Of a stretch of DNA of 15,727 nucleotides, positions 1 through 8,175 are shown piece after piece. The stretch's first letter is position 1. Each line of letters opens with the position of its first letter. Location: positions 1 to 15,727 of the forward strand of contig JAQGDQ010001871.1 of the NCBI GenBank assembly GCA_030141605.1, in the 5' to 3' direction. The position numbers and the translations under genes were made by a program. The notes under the pieces were generated by a model, which was not told the DNA's origin, made no database searches, and saw nothing but the letters and a program-made list of their open reading frames with translations. This DNA comes from Tubiluchus corallicola (Eukaryota > Animalia > Priapulida).

Positions 1-350
1 CGCACACAGCATGTGACTGATAGATTTGCCTGCAAGCTCAAGTGGCTTATATGCGAGCGAAGGTGCAGGGCTGACCCACAAACCTGCTCGAATTAAGTCA
101 GTCAATGAGCCACAAAGTCATTTTCTCTTATTCACAAATGTTTGGTTAATCTTCCCTGAAAAACTTTCTAAATCTGAATTGCTAATGAAAAGACTTCTTT
201 CATTTTCAATTCTGTCAGAAAAAATTTTCACTACACCAAGATGATGGGATAATTATGATAATGATGATGGGAGATAATTGAAGGATTTACCGCTAGTTTA
301 GAGCTCGTCGGATCAGCAAAACTTATTTTAATTTCCGCATAATCATAACT
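1..350 (-). pseudogene. Possible decayed divergently oriented gene (mirror 15381-15727 +)
   Basis: Manual translation of the right copy: SYDCAEIKISFADPTSSKLAVNLSII.. /frameshift/ HHLGVVKIFSDGIENERSLFISNSDLESFSRKINQTFVNKRK*LCGSLTDLIRAGLWVSPAPSLAYKPLELAGKSISHMLC, running off the window. Confidence 0.3.
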
Positions 351-486
351 AATAGATTTCTTTAGAAAAAACTTGGAAATATTGAGGCGCACTTATGAGA
401 TTAGACCTTATTTGAGTGAGAAAAAAACCCTTTCTAATTCCAATTTAAGTGGGGGACGTTTGCGATTTTTTTCAAATAAAAGAGTT

Positions 487-660
487 CTTTCTTTTTCTAA
501 CGTATATATTTTTCGGTAAATATAAAAGCGTTTAGCGATCATTGTCTCCCTTTAACTTGCAGATTCACCTGGCCTTTCTTTTGTAACGTATATATTTTTC
601 GGTGAATATAAAAGAAGTGAGCTATCAATGTCTCCCTTTTAACTTGCAGATTCACCTGGC
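487..660 (+). promoter_or_regulatory. Tandem 2 x 87 bp duplication, each unit with a TATAAAAG box; probable promoter
   Basis: Units 487-573 and 574-660 share taacgtatatatttttcggt.aatataaaag...tgtctccc..ttaacttgcagattcacctggc. TATAAAA lies at 521 and 607, upstream of the ATG at 794. The repeat is certain, the promoter role is inferred. Confidence 0.65.
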
Positions 661-793
661 GAGGGGTGGTGGCTCCATTGTTCAGAGTCGCGACGACGAT
701 GTGTTGCTGTTAGTGGGTGACATTTTGATGGGTGTACAATTTGTGCTTACTCTCATAGAATGGATAAGCTTAATGGATTTAGAAAAAAATATA

Positions 794-1048
794 ATGGCAT
801 CTCTGTTTGGGGGCATGGATGCGCACACGACTGATGAGAGATTTTTGGGCCCCTATCATTGGCAATTATCGAATACGTTTACGGTTCACGCAAATTGCGA
901 TTGCCTGGGTACAAATACTCGCATTTTATTGCAAAAAAGAGAGAAATTTTTTCAAACAACGTTGGAAATATTTAATTCAAATATAGATCACAAAATTGTT
1001 TTGTCATTAGAAAAATGCAGGAGGATTTTTTACCGCGTCACTGGGTAA
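794..1048 (+). CDS. ORF A, hypothetical protein; possibly the N-terminal part (degenerate PC4-like repeat) of a frameshifted longer gene
   Basis: ATG in strong context (aatataATGG) at 794. The track's GTG start at 602 lies inside the promoter repeat. WQLSNTFTVHA...RILLQKR...KIVLSLEKC has a PC4-like strand/helix pattern. Overlaps ORF B in the -1 frame. Confidence 0.5.
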   Translation: MASLFGGMDAHTTDERFLGPYHWQLSNTFTVHANCDCLGTNTRILLQKREKFFQTTLEIFNSNIDHKIVLSLEKCRRIFYRVTG

Positions 1049-1854
1049 CAACGATAAATGAAATAGAATGTCCGCTGACATCGTTGGTGGCAGAACCGAC
1101 ACCTTTCGAATCAGGATTGACGTTTCATCTGGGTAGGGGCAATTATGTTTCAGTAGGAGGTCTTTTGCGCACCAAAATTTCAATTGCCAAAAGACAGGTG
1201 ATCGGGCACTCAACTTTAGCATCGTTACCACAAGTAAGGCTCACGCCGTACGAGTATGAACAACTATTTTTGAAAAAAGACCGTATCAATTACATCATTG
1301 GTAAACAAGAAGAGCACTGAATGTGGATTTCGCCTGCGGCAGGACAGGCGCGCATGTTAGGTAGCGCCATCTTATCCAACACGCTATGTCACCGCACCCT
1401 TGACGAGCTCGAGACAAGTGGCAGGTGTACATTTTTCGACATTAGTCTATCGATGAAGGTAGCCATCTGGAATGGCATTGTATTCATATACGAATTTAAT
1501 GCTCCCGGTGGATTTGCGTGTGACGGTTTCCACACATACCTCGAACCATTGCAATTTAGACTACTCATGGGCGAGCGCATCAGAAACTATATTAAATCCC
1601 AATGTACCCGCAAACGCACTAGGGAAGAGTGTGACGCTTTAAGATTCGATCAAGATCAATTAGCATTCGGTTCTCATCAGACGTTGCGCTCTTGCAGACG
1701 TTGCATCGAGTTTGCCGACAAGGTTGGCGCCAGCTGTAGCGCTGCCACTGGCACTGCTGCTGCTGGTGCTAGCATACTCAATGTTAATTGCGACGAGGGT
1801 TTTGGCGATGACGACGACGACGACGTTGATCTCGATCAATTCGAGTCGACGTGA
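1015..1854 (+). pseudogene. ORF B, PC4-like ssDNA-binding domain protein, interrupted by an in-frame TGA at 1318-1320
   Basis: Track ORFs 1015-1320 and 1321-1854 are contiguous and in frame. The right-arm copy reads AGA (Arg) at this codon and is open for 279 aa. Confidence 0.75.
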
Positions 1855-2297
1855 TGATGGAAGAGGATAATGATGATGATGGAGATGACAATGACGGTTT
1901 TGACAACGAGGATGTTGATGATCGCAAAGACGAGGACCAGGTCGTACCTAGCACCAAGATGACTGCGACAGCACCACCAGCAGCAACAGTGCTGCCACCA
2001 CCGAGATTGCATCACCTTCTGATCGTCACTGCTAGAATGATGACTAGAACAGCAGCTGTACCTAAAACAGCGCCACCGGCGCCGGCACCACCGCCACCGC
2101 CGCCACCACCATCGAGATTACAGCACCGCAATGTCATCGTTCGGGTCGCGTCTGCTAGCAATATGCCGCCACCGCTAACATCATCAACATCGACAGCAAC
2201 AACAACAACAACGGCGTCATCAATGAGCATGGGTCCCCCACCCAACATCGTTTTTGTCAACCCGAGGAAAGCATCCCACCTTGATAAAGATAAATGA
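1854..2297 (+). CDS. ORF C, low-complexity acidic then Pro/Thr/Ala-rich protein; possibly the C-terminal part of the same gene as ORF B
   Basis: ATG at 1854 overlaps the ORF B stop (TGATG). The ORF is GC-rich and ends where composition turns AT-rich. AATAAA follows at 2437. Confidence 0.55.
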   Translation: MMEEDNDDDGDDNDGFDNEDVDDRKDEDQVVPSTKMTATAPPAATVLPPPRLHHLLIVTARMMTRTAAVPKTAPPAPAPPPPPPPPSRLQHRNVIVRVASASNMPPPLTSSTSTATTTTTASSMSMGPPPNIVFVNPRKASHLDKDK

Positions 2298-2436
2298 ATA
2301 TTTTAAAAAGTAAATACACTTCAGTCTCTGGCAATTTTAGTCTAATAGTAAAGCGCCTCAGTTTTTTCTCTTAGTACATCTAGTCTAGATAAAAGTAAAA
2401 TTTTAAATATCCTATTGTCAAAAAAAGAAATCTTTC

Positions 2437-2442
2437 AATAAA
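2437..2442 (+). terminator. Candidate polyadenylation signal AATAAA (mirror 13290-13295)
   Basis: First AATAAA downstream of the ORF C stop, ~140 bp away, followed by GT-containing sequence. The AT-rich context makes a chance match possible. Confidence 0.4.
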
Positions 2443-2689
2443 ATGTGGCTAATGCAACTTGCGAGTTTTGGGATTATATATATATCCTCACCTAAAAAAT
2501 ACTGACTCGCTGAAATGCGTGCAAACTAGAAGGCCGCAGGCATTCAATTATCACTTATCTAGACGGCGGCTGTCCTATATTCTGCTTGCTGTACATTCGA
2601 ATGCGCTTTTTAAAAAAACATATACACGCGCTTAAATAGCCATGCACACTCTCGAATAGACACATCAATTATCTAGTCGGGTGTCGTGT

Positions 2690-3360
2690 CTCACAAGTCA
2701 ATAAGCGGATTAAGCCCTCATTAGCTAGGTAGTCGAGTCAATTACCGGATTAAGCAATAGCATAGATGCGATGAGTGCATTCGCGGCGGGTTTATACATG
2801 CTCGGCGATGTGAGTTAGTATAGCAATCGTGCTCGGCGATGTGTGTGTGAGTAGACTGTATGTTGCACGATGCGAGTTCATGCTAATGTTCGTGCTAATG
2901 GCCGGTCTGTGCTAACAATTCGTGCTAACGGGTGGTCTGTGCTAACAATCGTGCTCGAGGATGTGTAAGTAGACTGTATGTTGCACGATGCGAGTTCGTG
3001 CTAATGTGACCGCATTGGACAGAGCGAGGGAGGCTTTTTGGCAGCATCCATCTCGGATAAAGGTAGGGTAAAATTTTAAAAAATTGTATGGTAACTTAGA
3101 CGTGCATAAAAGAACATTCTAACCATTTAACGACGTGAGTGTGCACTGCACGTAGAGAAATCTTTTGGCATAGCCACGTGCGCACGCAAGTCAATTACGA
3201 CATCAAGACCCCATTATCTAGCTAGTGGCCAGCTAGGCAGCGAGAGTCGATTACCGGATTAGGCACAATTAGGGTGGAGCCAAGTGCGCCAGCGCGTGTC
3301 CTCGCCCCGCCCACCCGTCTGTCTGCCGGTTCGAATGCACGAGTGCATTTACCGCGGCGG
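2690..3360. repeat. Subterminal non-coding repeat region (mirror ~12372-13042)
   Basis: A ~65 bp direct repeat at 2824-2889 and 2946-3007, six TGCTAA motifs in 2881-3004, and recurring gtc(a/g)attaccggatta at ~2737 and ~3247 with a variant at ~2697. Confidence 0.8.
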
Positions 3361-3412
3361 GGGTGTTCTCTCCGGGCACACCCCCCTCCCAAAGCATGCG
3401 GGAGTTCCAACA

Positions 3413-3685
3413 GTCACTCCTAATCCTTAAATCGGACACTTAACTAGCACAACAATAGACCCACTTCACTTTTTTTAGGGGCGATTTTTGTTCCCACCCC
3501 CTGGCAGCCGAGGGGGGCGCGGCCCATCGGCCACCCGTCACTCCTAATCCTTAAATCGGTCACTTAACTAGCACAACAATAGAGCCACTTCACTTTTTTA
3601 GGGGTGTTCGCGGATTTTCGCACTTTTTTAGGGGTGTTTTTGTCCCCACCCCCGGGCAGCCAAAGGGGGCGTGGCCTATGGGCCA
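3413..3685. repeat. Two ~120-150 bp direct repeats next to the element terminus, probably part of its TIR
   Basis: 3413-3533 and 3537-3685 both begin gtcactcctaatccttaaatcgg.cacttaactagcacaacaataga and end in GC hairpins. Copy 2 has an extra cacttttttaggggtgtt unit. Confidence 0.9.
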
Positions 3686-3707
3686 GAGGTGTAACATACT
3701 CACTACT

Positions 3708-3960
3708 CTGGGGTTCCCGAGGTTAGCTAAACAAAAAGCTTCTGCTTTCTATTGACATTCTTGTCTCTACTTGCTAAGCGTCTCTTCTTAACTCTTTCCC
3801 TATGAGTTCCAGGGTGGCAGTTTAACTGAACAAAAAGCTTCTGCAGACTATTGATATTCCTGTCTATATTAGTTTAGCATCTTTTCTTAACTCTTTCACC
3901 CGGAGTTCCAGGGAAGCAGCTTAACCAAAAAAAAATCTTCTCCAGTCTATTGATAATATT
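3708..3960. repeat. Degenerate ~99 bp tandem repeat, ~2.5 copies (mirror ~11771-12023)
   Basis: cttaactctttc at 3787 and 3886, gagttccaggg at 3804 and 3903, and an aaaaa.cttct....ctattga motif three times. Confidence 0.85.
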
Positions 3961-5291
3961 CTCTGTCTTTCAGCTCATTCTTTCCAGTATTTAAACAGTA
4001 AACATGGTGTGACTAGTTTACTTAAGAATTCTGAAATCTGGTAAATTACTTTTTCACAGTTTAACACAAAGGAAGTAAAGTGTTCATCCATGTTTACATC
4101 AAACATAGACATATTAAATTTGAAAGTGCTTTTATTGGGCGTGATTTTGAAAAATATTTTTGCAAACTTCTTCAAAACTCATTTCACGCGAGGTTTAACC
4201 ATCATAAGAATGTATCCATGTGACTTATTTGCTCAAATTGTTGCAGAGTTTCCTGGGCATTATTGAGTTTTTGAATAATGAAAACATTTCATTTAGGTAA
4301 AGAAACAATGCACTGCATCAGTTTGCATCACTCTGCAAAGCAATGATTAAATCAGCTACTCCAAAAATTATTATCTGCACTGAGATAACGCAGTGATGGA
4401 TTAATCTCTCAATTTATATCATTTATACTTTCCATTTGATTTACTAGAACCTGCTGCTGCTTCACAGTGAAAACTTTCGTTTCCCAAACCTTCAATTTCT
4501 GCTTTTGCCTTTAGCGGGGTGAGTTGCCAGCCAGTGTAGATATAAGTTCAACCGTTTGATTTGCTTTATCAAGAACTTTTCCTCCCCCAATGTTCCTGTA
4601 TTTGTGAGTCATTGAAGGAACTAAAAGGTGAAAACAATAAAAATAAAAACCGGGGATAAAACAAAAGGACACTATTGTGAGCAGAACCTTAGTTATGTCA
4701 AATATCTAGGTCTATTTTTAGATAACAAAATAATTCGGAAATAAATTAATAAATTATGCAAATTAGGCTCGTACGTGGAAACTCTTTTAAAAGTTTACTT
4801 TGTAAAAATTTGTAATTCGACTCAAAAGTAATCAATTACTTAATAATCCAAAAACTAATACAAGGCCAAAAAATGGCAAATTTTACATAAAGAATGTATT
4901 TAGAATCATTTAAAAACTGCCACTATTAAGAAATCATTATCGCACGTGTTATAGCAACAAGCATCTTGAATTAACGAACTGCTTCTCGGTGAATGTCTGT
5001 TATTTGTCTACAACTGCTATGGTGGGTTATAATTTGTCCATGTAGAAAACCGCGGCATGTTTTGTCTTGCACGATTAGTTATCAAAGAATTTAAAAGAAT
5101 GTAGGTATTTTCGAGTTTAAAGTTTCTCCTGTGCAAAAAGTGGTACTAAGACACACGCAATACATATTGAGGCAATAATGAAAAATAGCTATTGCTTCAC
5201 ACGTCTTTGTAGAAAAGATTTTGTCAATTTCAATGGACGGTTGTGGCAAAGGCTATTATTACTCTTACCTGTATTTGCTCTGCTTTCTTTG

Positions 5292-5447
5292 TTAAATCTT
5301 TCCCGGGTGTGGAATGCAGCCTTGAAATTCAAGTGTGTAATCACTCTGCCTTATTCGCTTAACTCTTTCTCAGGTGTGGAATACAGGCTTTTGAAATTCA
5401 AGTGTGTAAACACTCTGTTTTATTTACTTAACTCTTTCCCAGGCGCC
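5292..5447. repeat. ~68 bp tandem repeat, 2.3 copies (mirror ~10283-10438)
   Basis: Units start ttaa(a/c)tctttc at 5292, 5359 and 5428. The first two share ggtgtggaat...ttgaaattcaagtgtgtaa.cactctg. Confidence 0.9.
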
Positions 5448-5975
5448 TTCTAAAATAAAAAATTCAAATCTTTGCCAAGCCCAATGCATCATCCAAGCGA
5501 GCCGCCTACCGAAATTCCATCCTCCGGGCGTCTCGGCTAGCACAGTGTCATTGTGTAACATAGCTTCAGTAATCAAAGGATTGAGCAATTCATCACTTAA
5601 TCGGCGTCCGAAGTGATCCTGTTCGTCAGTAAAGAACTTGCAGATGACATCGTCAAAACTGTGACACCATTTCATCCACGTCAATCGGATTGCATCCCGT
5701 CGTTCCCTGCGAATAGGTGCACTTACGATGCCAACAAACAACAGCATTTCTTTCCTGTGTTTTTTTATAATATGGTATTCGGAGCAATTACTCGTTTTCA
5801 GTGCCATGATAGCTTTTTTTACAGTTGACGTGTGCTTGTGATATGAACTCGCAAACTTGTAAATAAAGAGACAAGTAGCGAAAATTAATAACAAACGTAG
5901 AAAACATATGCGGTTAGCTTGCGATAGCCTGAATTGTTCCCAATTTTTCTTATGTAGTTGAATAAAGTTGAACAT
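5424..5975 (-). pseudogene. GT31 family beta-1,3-galactosyltransferase (B3GALT6-like), 3'-truncated
   Basis: Type II membrane layout (TM ICFLRLLLIFATCLFIY), GT31 motif LLFVGIVSAP..RERRDAIRLTW, then KFF, EA..H.D and WA..RFEFFIL. The expected xDDD motif is replaced by EGAWERVK* read from the adjacent 68 bp repeat. Confidence 0.85.
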
Positions 5976-7134
5976 CTTTAGCTCCTTCAGCGTATTTATG
6001 TTAATTAAAACTCAGTTATAAACAACATAGCCTTGCAAACTCGTATTTTTGTACACTGGTCATACTCTTTTATCTAATGTGTCTTCTTTATAATCTTACT
6101 TTCCCATGACACCATCTTGCTTTTTATTAAATCTTGTTGGATAGCTTGTCTTCATACTTCATGCTACCAAATTTTATCCTAAACGTGTAACACATTCTAT
6201 ACCAATTAGACTATACATTAGGAAAAAACTTAGGAAAACTCTAACAGAGTAACGCAAAACGCAAATAGATTTGCAAAGCTTGCGCGAAAAATTAATGCCG
6301 AAGTAAATATACTGGCTATCAAATACACTGAGTTGTTTATTCACATTTTACACAAACTATTTTATTTCCGTTTACTTTTATCAAAATTGCACAAAGCAAC
6401 TTCCGGTGAAATTTGCACAAAAAATTAATTGCAAATTTTATAATTTTAATATATATGCATTCGGTTATTCCCAGTAAAAAAGCAGAGTGGTAGCGCGTGG
6501 GCACATACTTAAGTACCACTTCTTGTTTTCAATTCTGTCTGGAGTTAAAAGAAAAGCAACTATCTAAAACCTTCTACAGTCAGAACAAACGAGTTTGTAA
6601 TTTAAAAATTACAAATCATTAGTGACAGGGCTATAATACCCTGCACCATGAAAAATATTAGACTAATAGTGAACTCAGTTTGCGGGATTAGAGGGCTACT
6701 GCCATACTTCATGTATGAACAAATTCAATAATTTGTTAATATTTTAACAGTAGATAAGTCATTTGTTCGCCTTGCCAGAATAATAATTGAATCTATAGAC
6801 GAGGATAAGTTTATAAACTCGCTGCACTCATACCCGAATAATGCCAAATCCTCACTTATTGTATGACACAATTTTTGTAACAGATCTAGGAATCATACTA
6901 AAAAATTCTTGATTGACAATCGTAGATCTTTGTTTTTATTGCAGGTTACAAGATCAGTCACATTTAATTCACTGAGCATGTTGCTTCATACTTTCCTATA
7001 AGACCATAACGAATGGCACAGGATTGTGAGAATGTAATATAGTTCAGTAGTGGGTCTCTGACACTCTACGGGTTCCTAATTTGTTTTAAATGTTCTTCAC
7101 TTTTTTTTAAATTGCCTTAATTTGTTAATATTTT

Positions 7135-8150
7135 TTAGAAAACATTTGTCCTCTTGCAAGTTCTCTGTTCTTTTGGATGTCTTATCTCTTTTAGGAAGTC
7201 TTCTAGGAAGACCTTTGGCTTCTAGGAAGTACTCTGGGAAGTGTTCTGACATCTTGGAAGTCTTCTGCCCTCTTGGAAGTATTGTGTCCTCTACGAAGTC
7301 CTTTGGGAAGACCTTTGTCTTTTTGGAAATCTTGTGTCCTCTGGGATTTCATCTCAGAAGTCCTCTGTCCTCTTGGAAGCCTTCTGTCCTTCGAGGAAGT
7401 CCACTAGGAAAACCTTTGTGTTCTAGGAATCCTCAGTTGCTGAGGAAGTCCTCTAGTAGGTCTTCTGTCTTCAAAGAAGTCATCTGTCCTATCCAAAGTG
7501 TTCAATCATCTAGGAAGAACTTCAATCTTCTAGGAAGTCATCTGTCTTTTAGAAAGTTCTCTGTTCTTTTGGAGAACCTCTGTAATCGTGGAAGTCCTCT
7601 GTCCTCCTCGAAGTCCTCTGTCTTTTTGGATGTCATCTGTCACCTGGGAAGTTATCTGTCATTCTGGAAGTCCTCTGTCCTATTTGAAGTCTTCTATCCT
7701 CTAGGTAGTCCTCTAGGAAGATATTTGCGTTCTAGGAAGTCCTCTGGGAAGTGTTCTGACATCTTGGAAGTCTTCTGCCCTTTTGGAAGTCTTCTATCCT
7801 CTGGGAATTATCTAGAAAGATATTTGTCTTCTGGGAAGTTCTCTGTTCTTTTGGAACTCCTCTGTCCTCTTGCAAGTTCTCTGTCCTTTTGGAAGTCCTC
7901 AGTATTATTGAAAGTTTTCAATCCTCTAGGAAGTCCTCTATGAAATCATCTAGAACGAGATTTGTCTTCTGGGAAGTTCTCTGTTCTTTTGGAAGTCCTA
8001 TGTCCTCTTGCAAGTGCTCCGTAATCTTGGAAGACTTCTGACCTACTGGAATTTGTCTATCCTCTCGGAAGTCCTCTTTGAAGACATTTGTCTTCTAGGA
8101 GGTCCTCCATCCTCTAGGAAGGCCTCTAAAAAGTCCTTTAGGAAGACTTA
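7135..8150. repeat. Degenerate minisatellite of 18 bp (GGAAGTCCTCTGTCCTCT-like) and 12 bp (CTAGGAAGTCCT-like) units
   Basis: ggaagt/cctct motifs recur every 12-18 bp for ~1 kb. Higher-order duplications at 7203-7280 vs 7713-7790 and ~7811-7877 vs ~7949-8015. Confidence 0.9.
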
Positions 8151-8175
8151 TGAAGCCAGTTAAGGAGTGGTGTTA

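Larger units (their letters stand above)
1..3707. mobile_element. Terminal portion of a putative Polinton/Maverick-like element, left copy, terminus facing inward
   Basis: Ends ...catactcactact(ct), which is 5'-(AG)AGTAGTGAGTATG on the minus strand and matches the 5'-AG/AGTAGT termini known for Polintons. It is preceded by GC-rich repeats and hairpins and by compact intronless CpG-rich ORFs, and followed by an abrupt switch to AT-rich DNA. No hallmark gene (pPolB, integrase, capsid, ATPase) lies in the window. Confidence 0.6.
4..6797 (+). repeat. Left arm of ~6.8 kb inverted repeat
   Basis: Position 4 onward (acacagcatgtgactg) is the reverse complement of the window end. Mirrored ORF pairs occur throughout, with coordinate sums of 15730-15740. 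The match ends after ...taataattgaatctata at 6797. Confidence 0.98.

Noticed and set aside
26-244. Short track ORFs 26-244, 3222-3410 and 6337-6519 and their mirrors
   Set aside because: Non-ATG starts, short, no recognisable motifs. Their duplication reflects the palindrome, not conservation.
602-793. N-terminal extension of ORF A from GTG 602
   Set aside because: Non-ATG start inside the TATA repeat in eukaryotic-type DNA. ATG 794 (or 773) is more plausible.
1024-1032. T TTT TTA slippery heptamer as a programmed -1 frameshift joining ORF A to ORF B
   Set aside because: The heptamer is phased in the ORF B frame, not the ORF A frame (ATT TTT TAC), so it cannot give a canonical A-to-B shift.
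1007-2260. Minus-strand ORFs 1007-1231, 1389-1580 and 2012-2260 and their mirrors
   Set aside because: Antisense shadows of ORFs B and C. The Gly/Val runs are just the complement of Pro/Thr codons.
2690-3960. CRISPR array
   Set aside because: Repeats are degenerate, irregularly spaced and lack unique equal-length spacers. There are no cas genes and the context is eukaryotic.
3974-4270. Possible host exon after the acceptor-like ctctgtctttcAG at 3973, and ORF 3975-4175
   Set aside because: All plus frames hit stops within ~25 codons and no protein family is recognisable on either strand.
5178-5828. Plus-strand ORFs 5178-5453 and 5613-5828 and their mirrors
   Set aside because: The first reads through the 68 bp repeat (LKFKCV twice). 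The second is antisense to the GT gene.
6594-6616. Short hairpin tttgtaattt-aa-aaattacaaa
   Set aside because: AT-only stem, disrupted in the right arm, and expected by chance in AT-rich DNA.
7122-7943. 273 aa ORF as a protein-coding gene
   Set aside because: TTG start, lies almost wholly in the minisatellite, and the Ser/Leu-rich translation and open frame are explained by 12/18 bp units.
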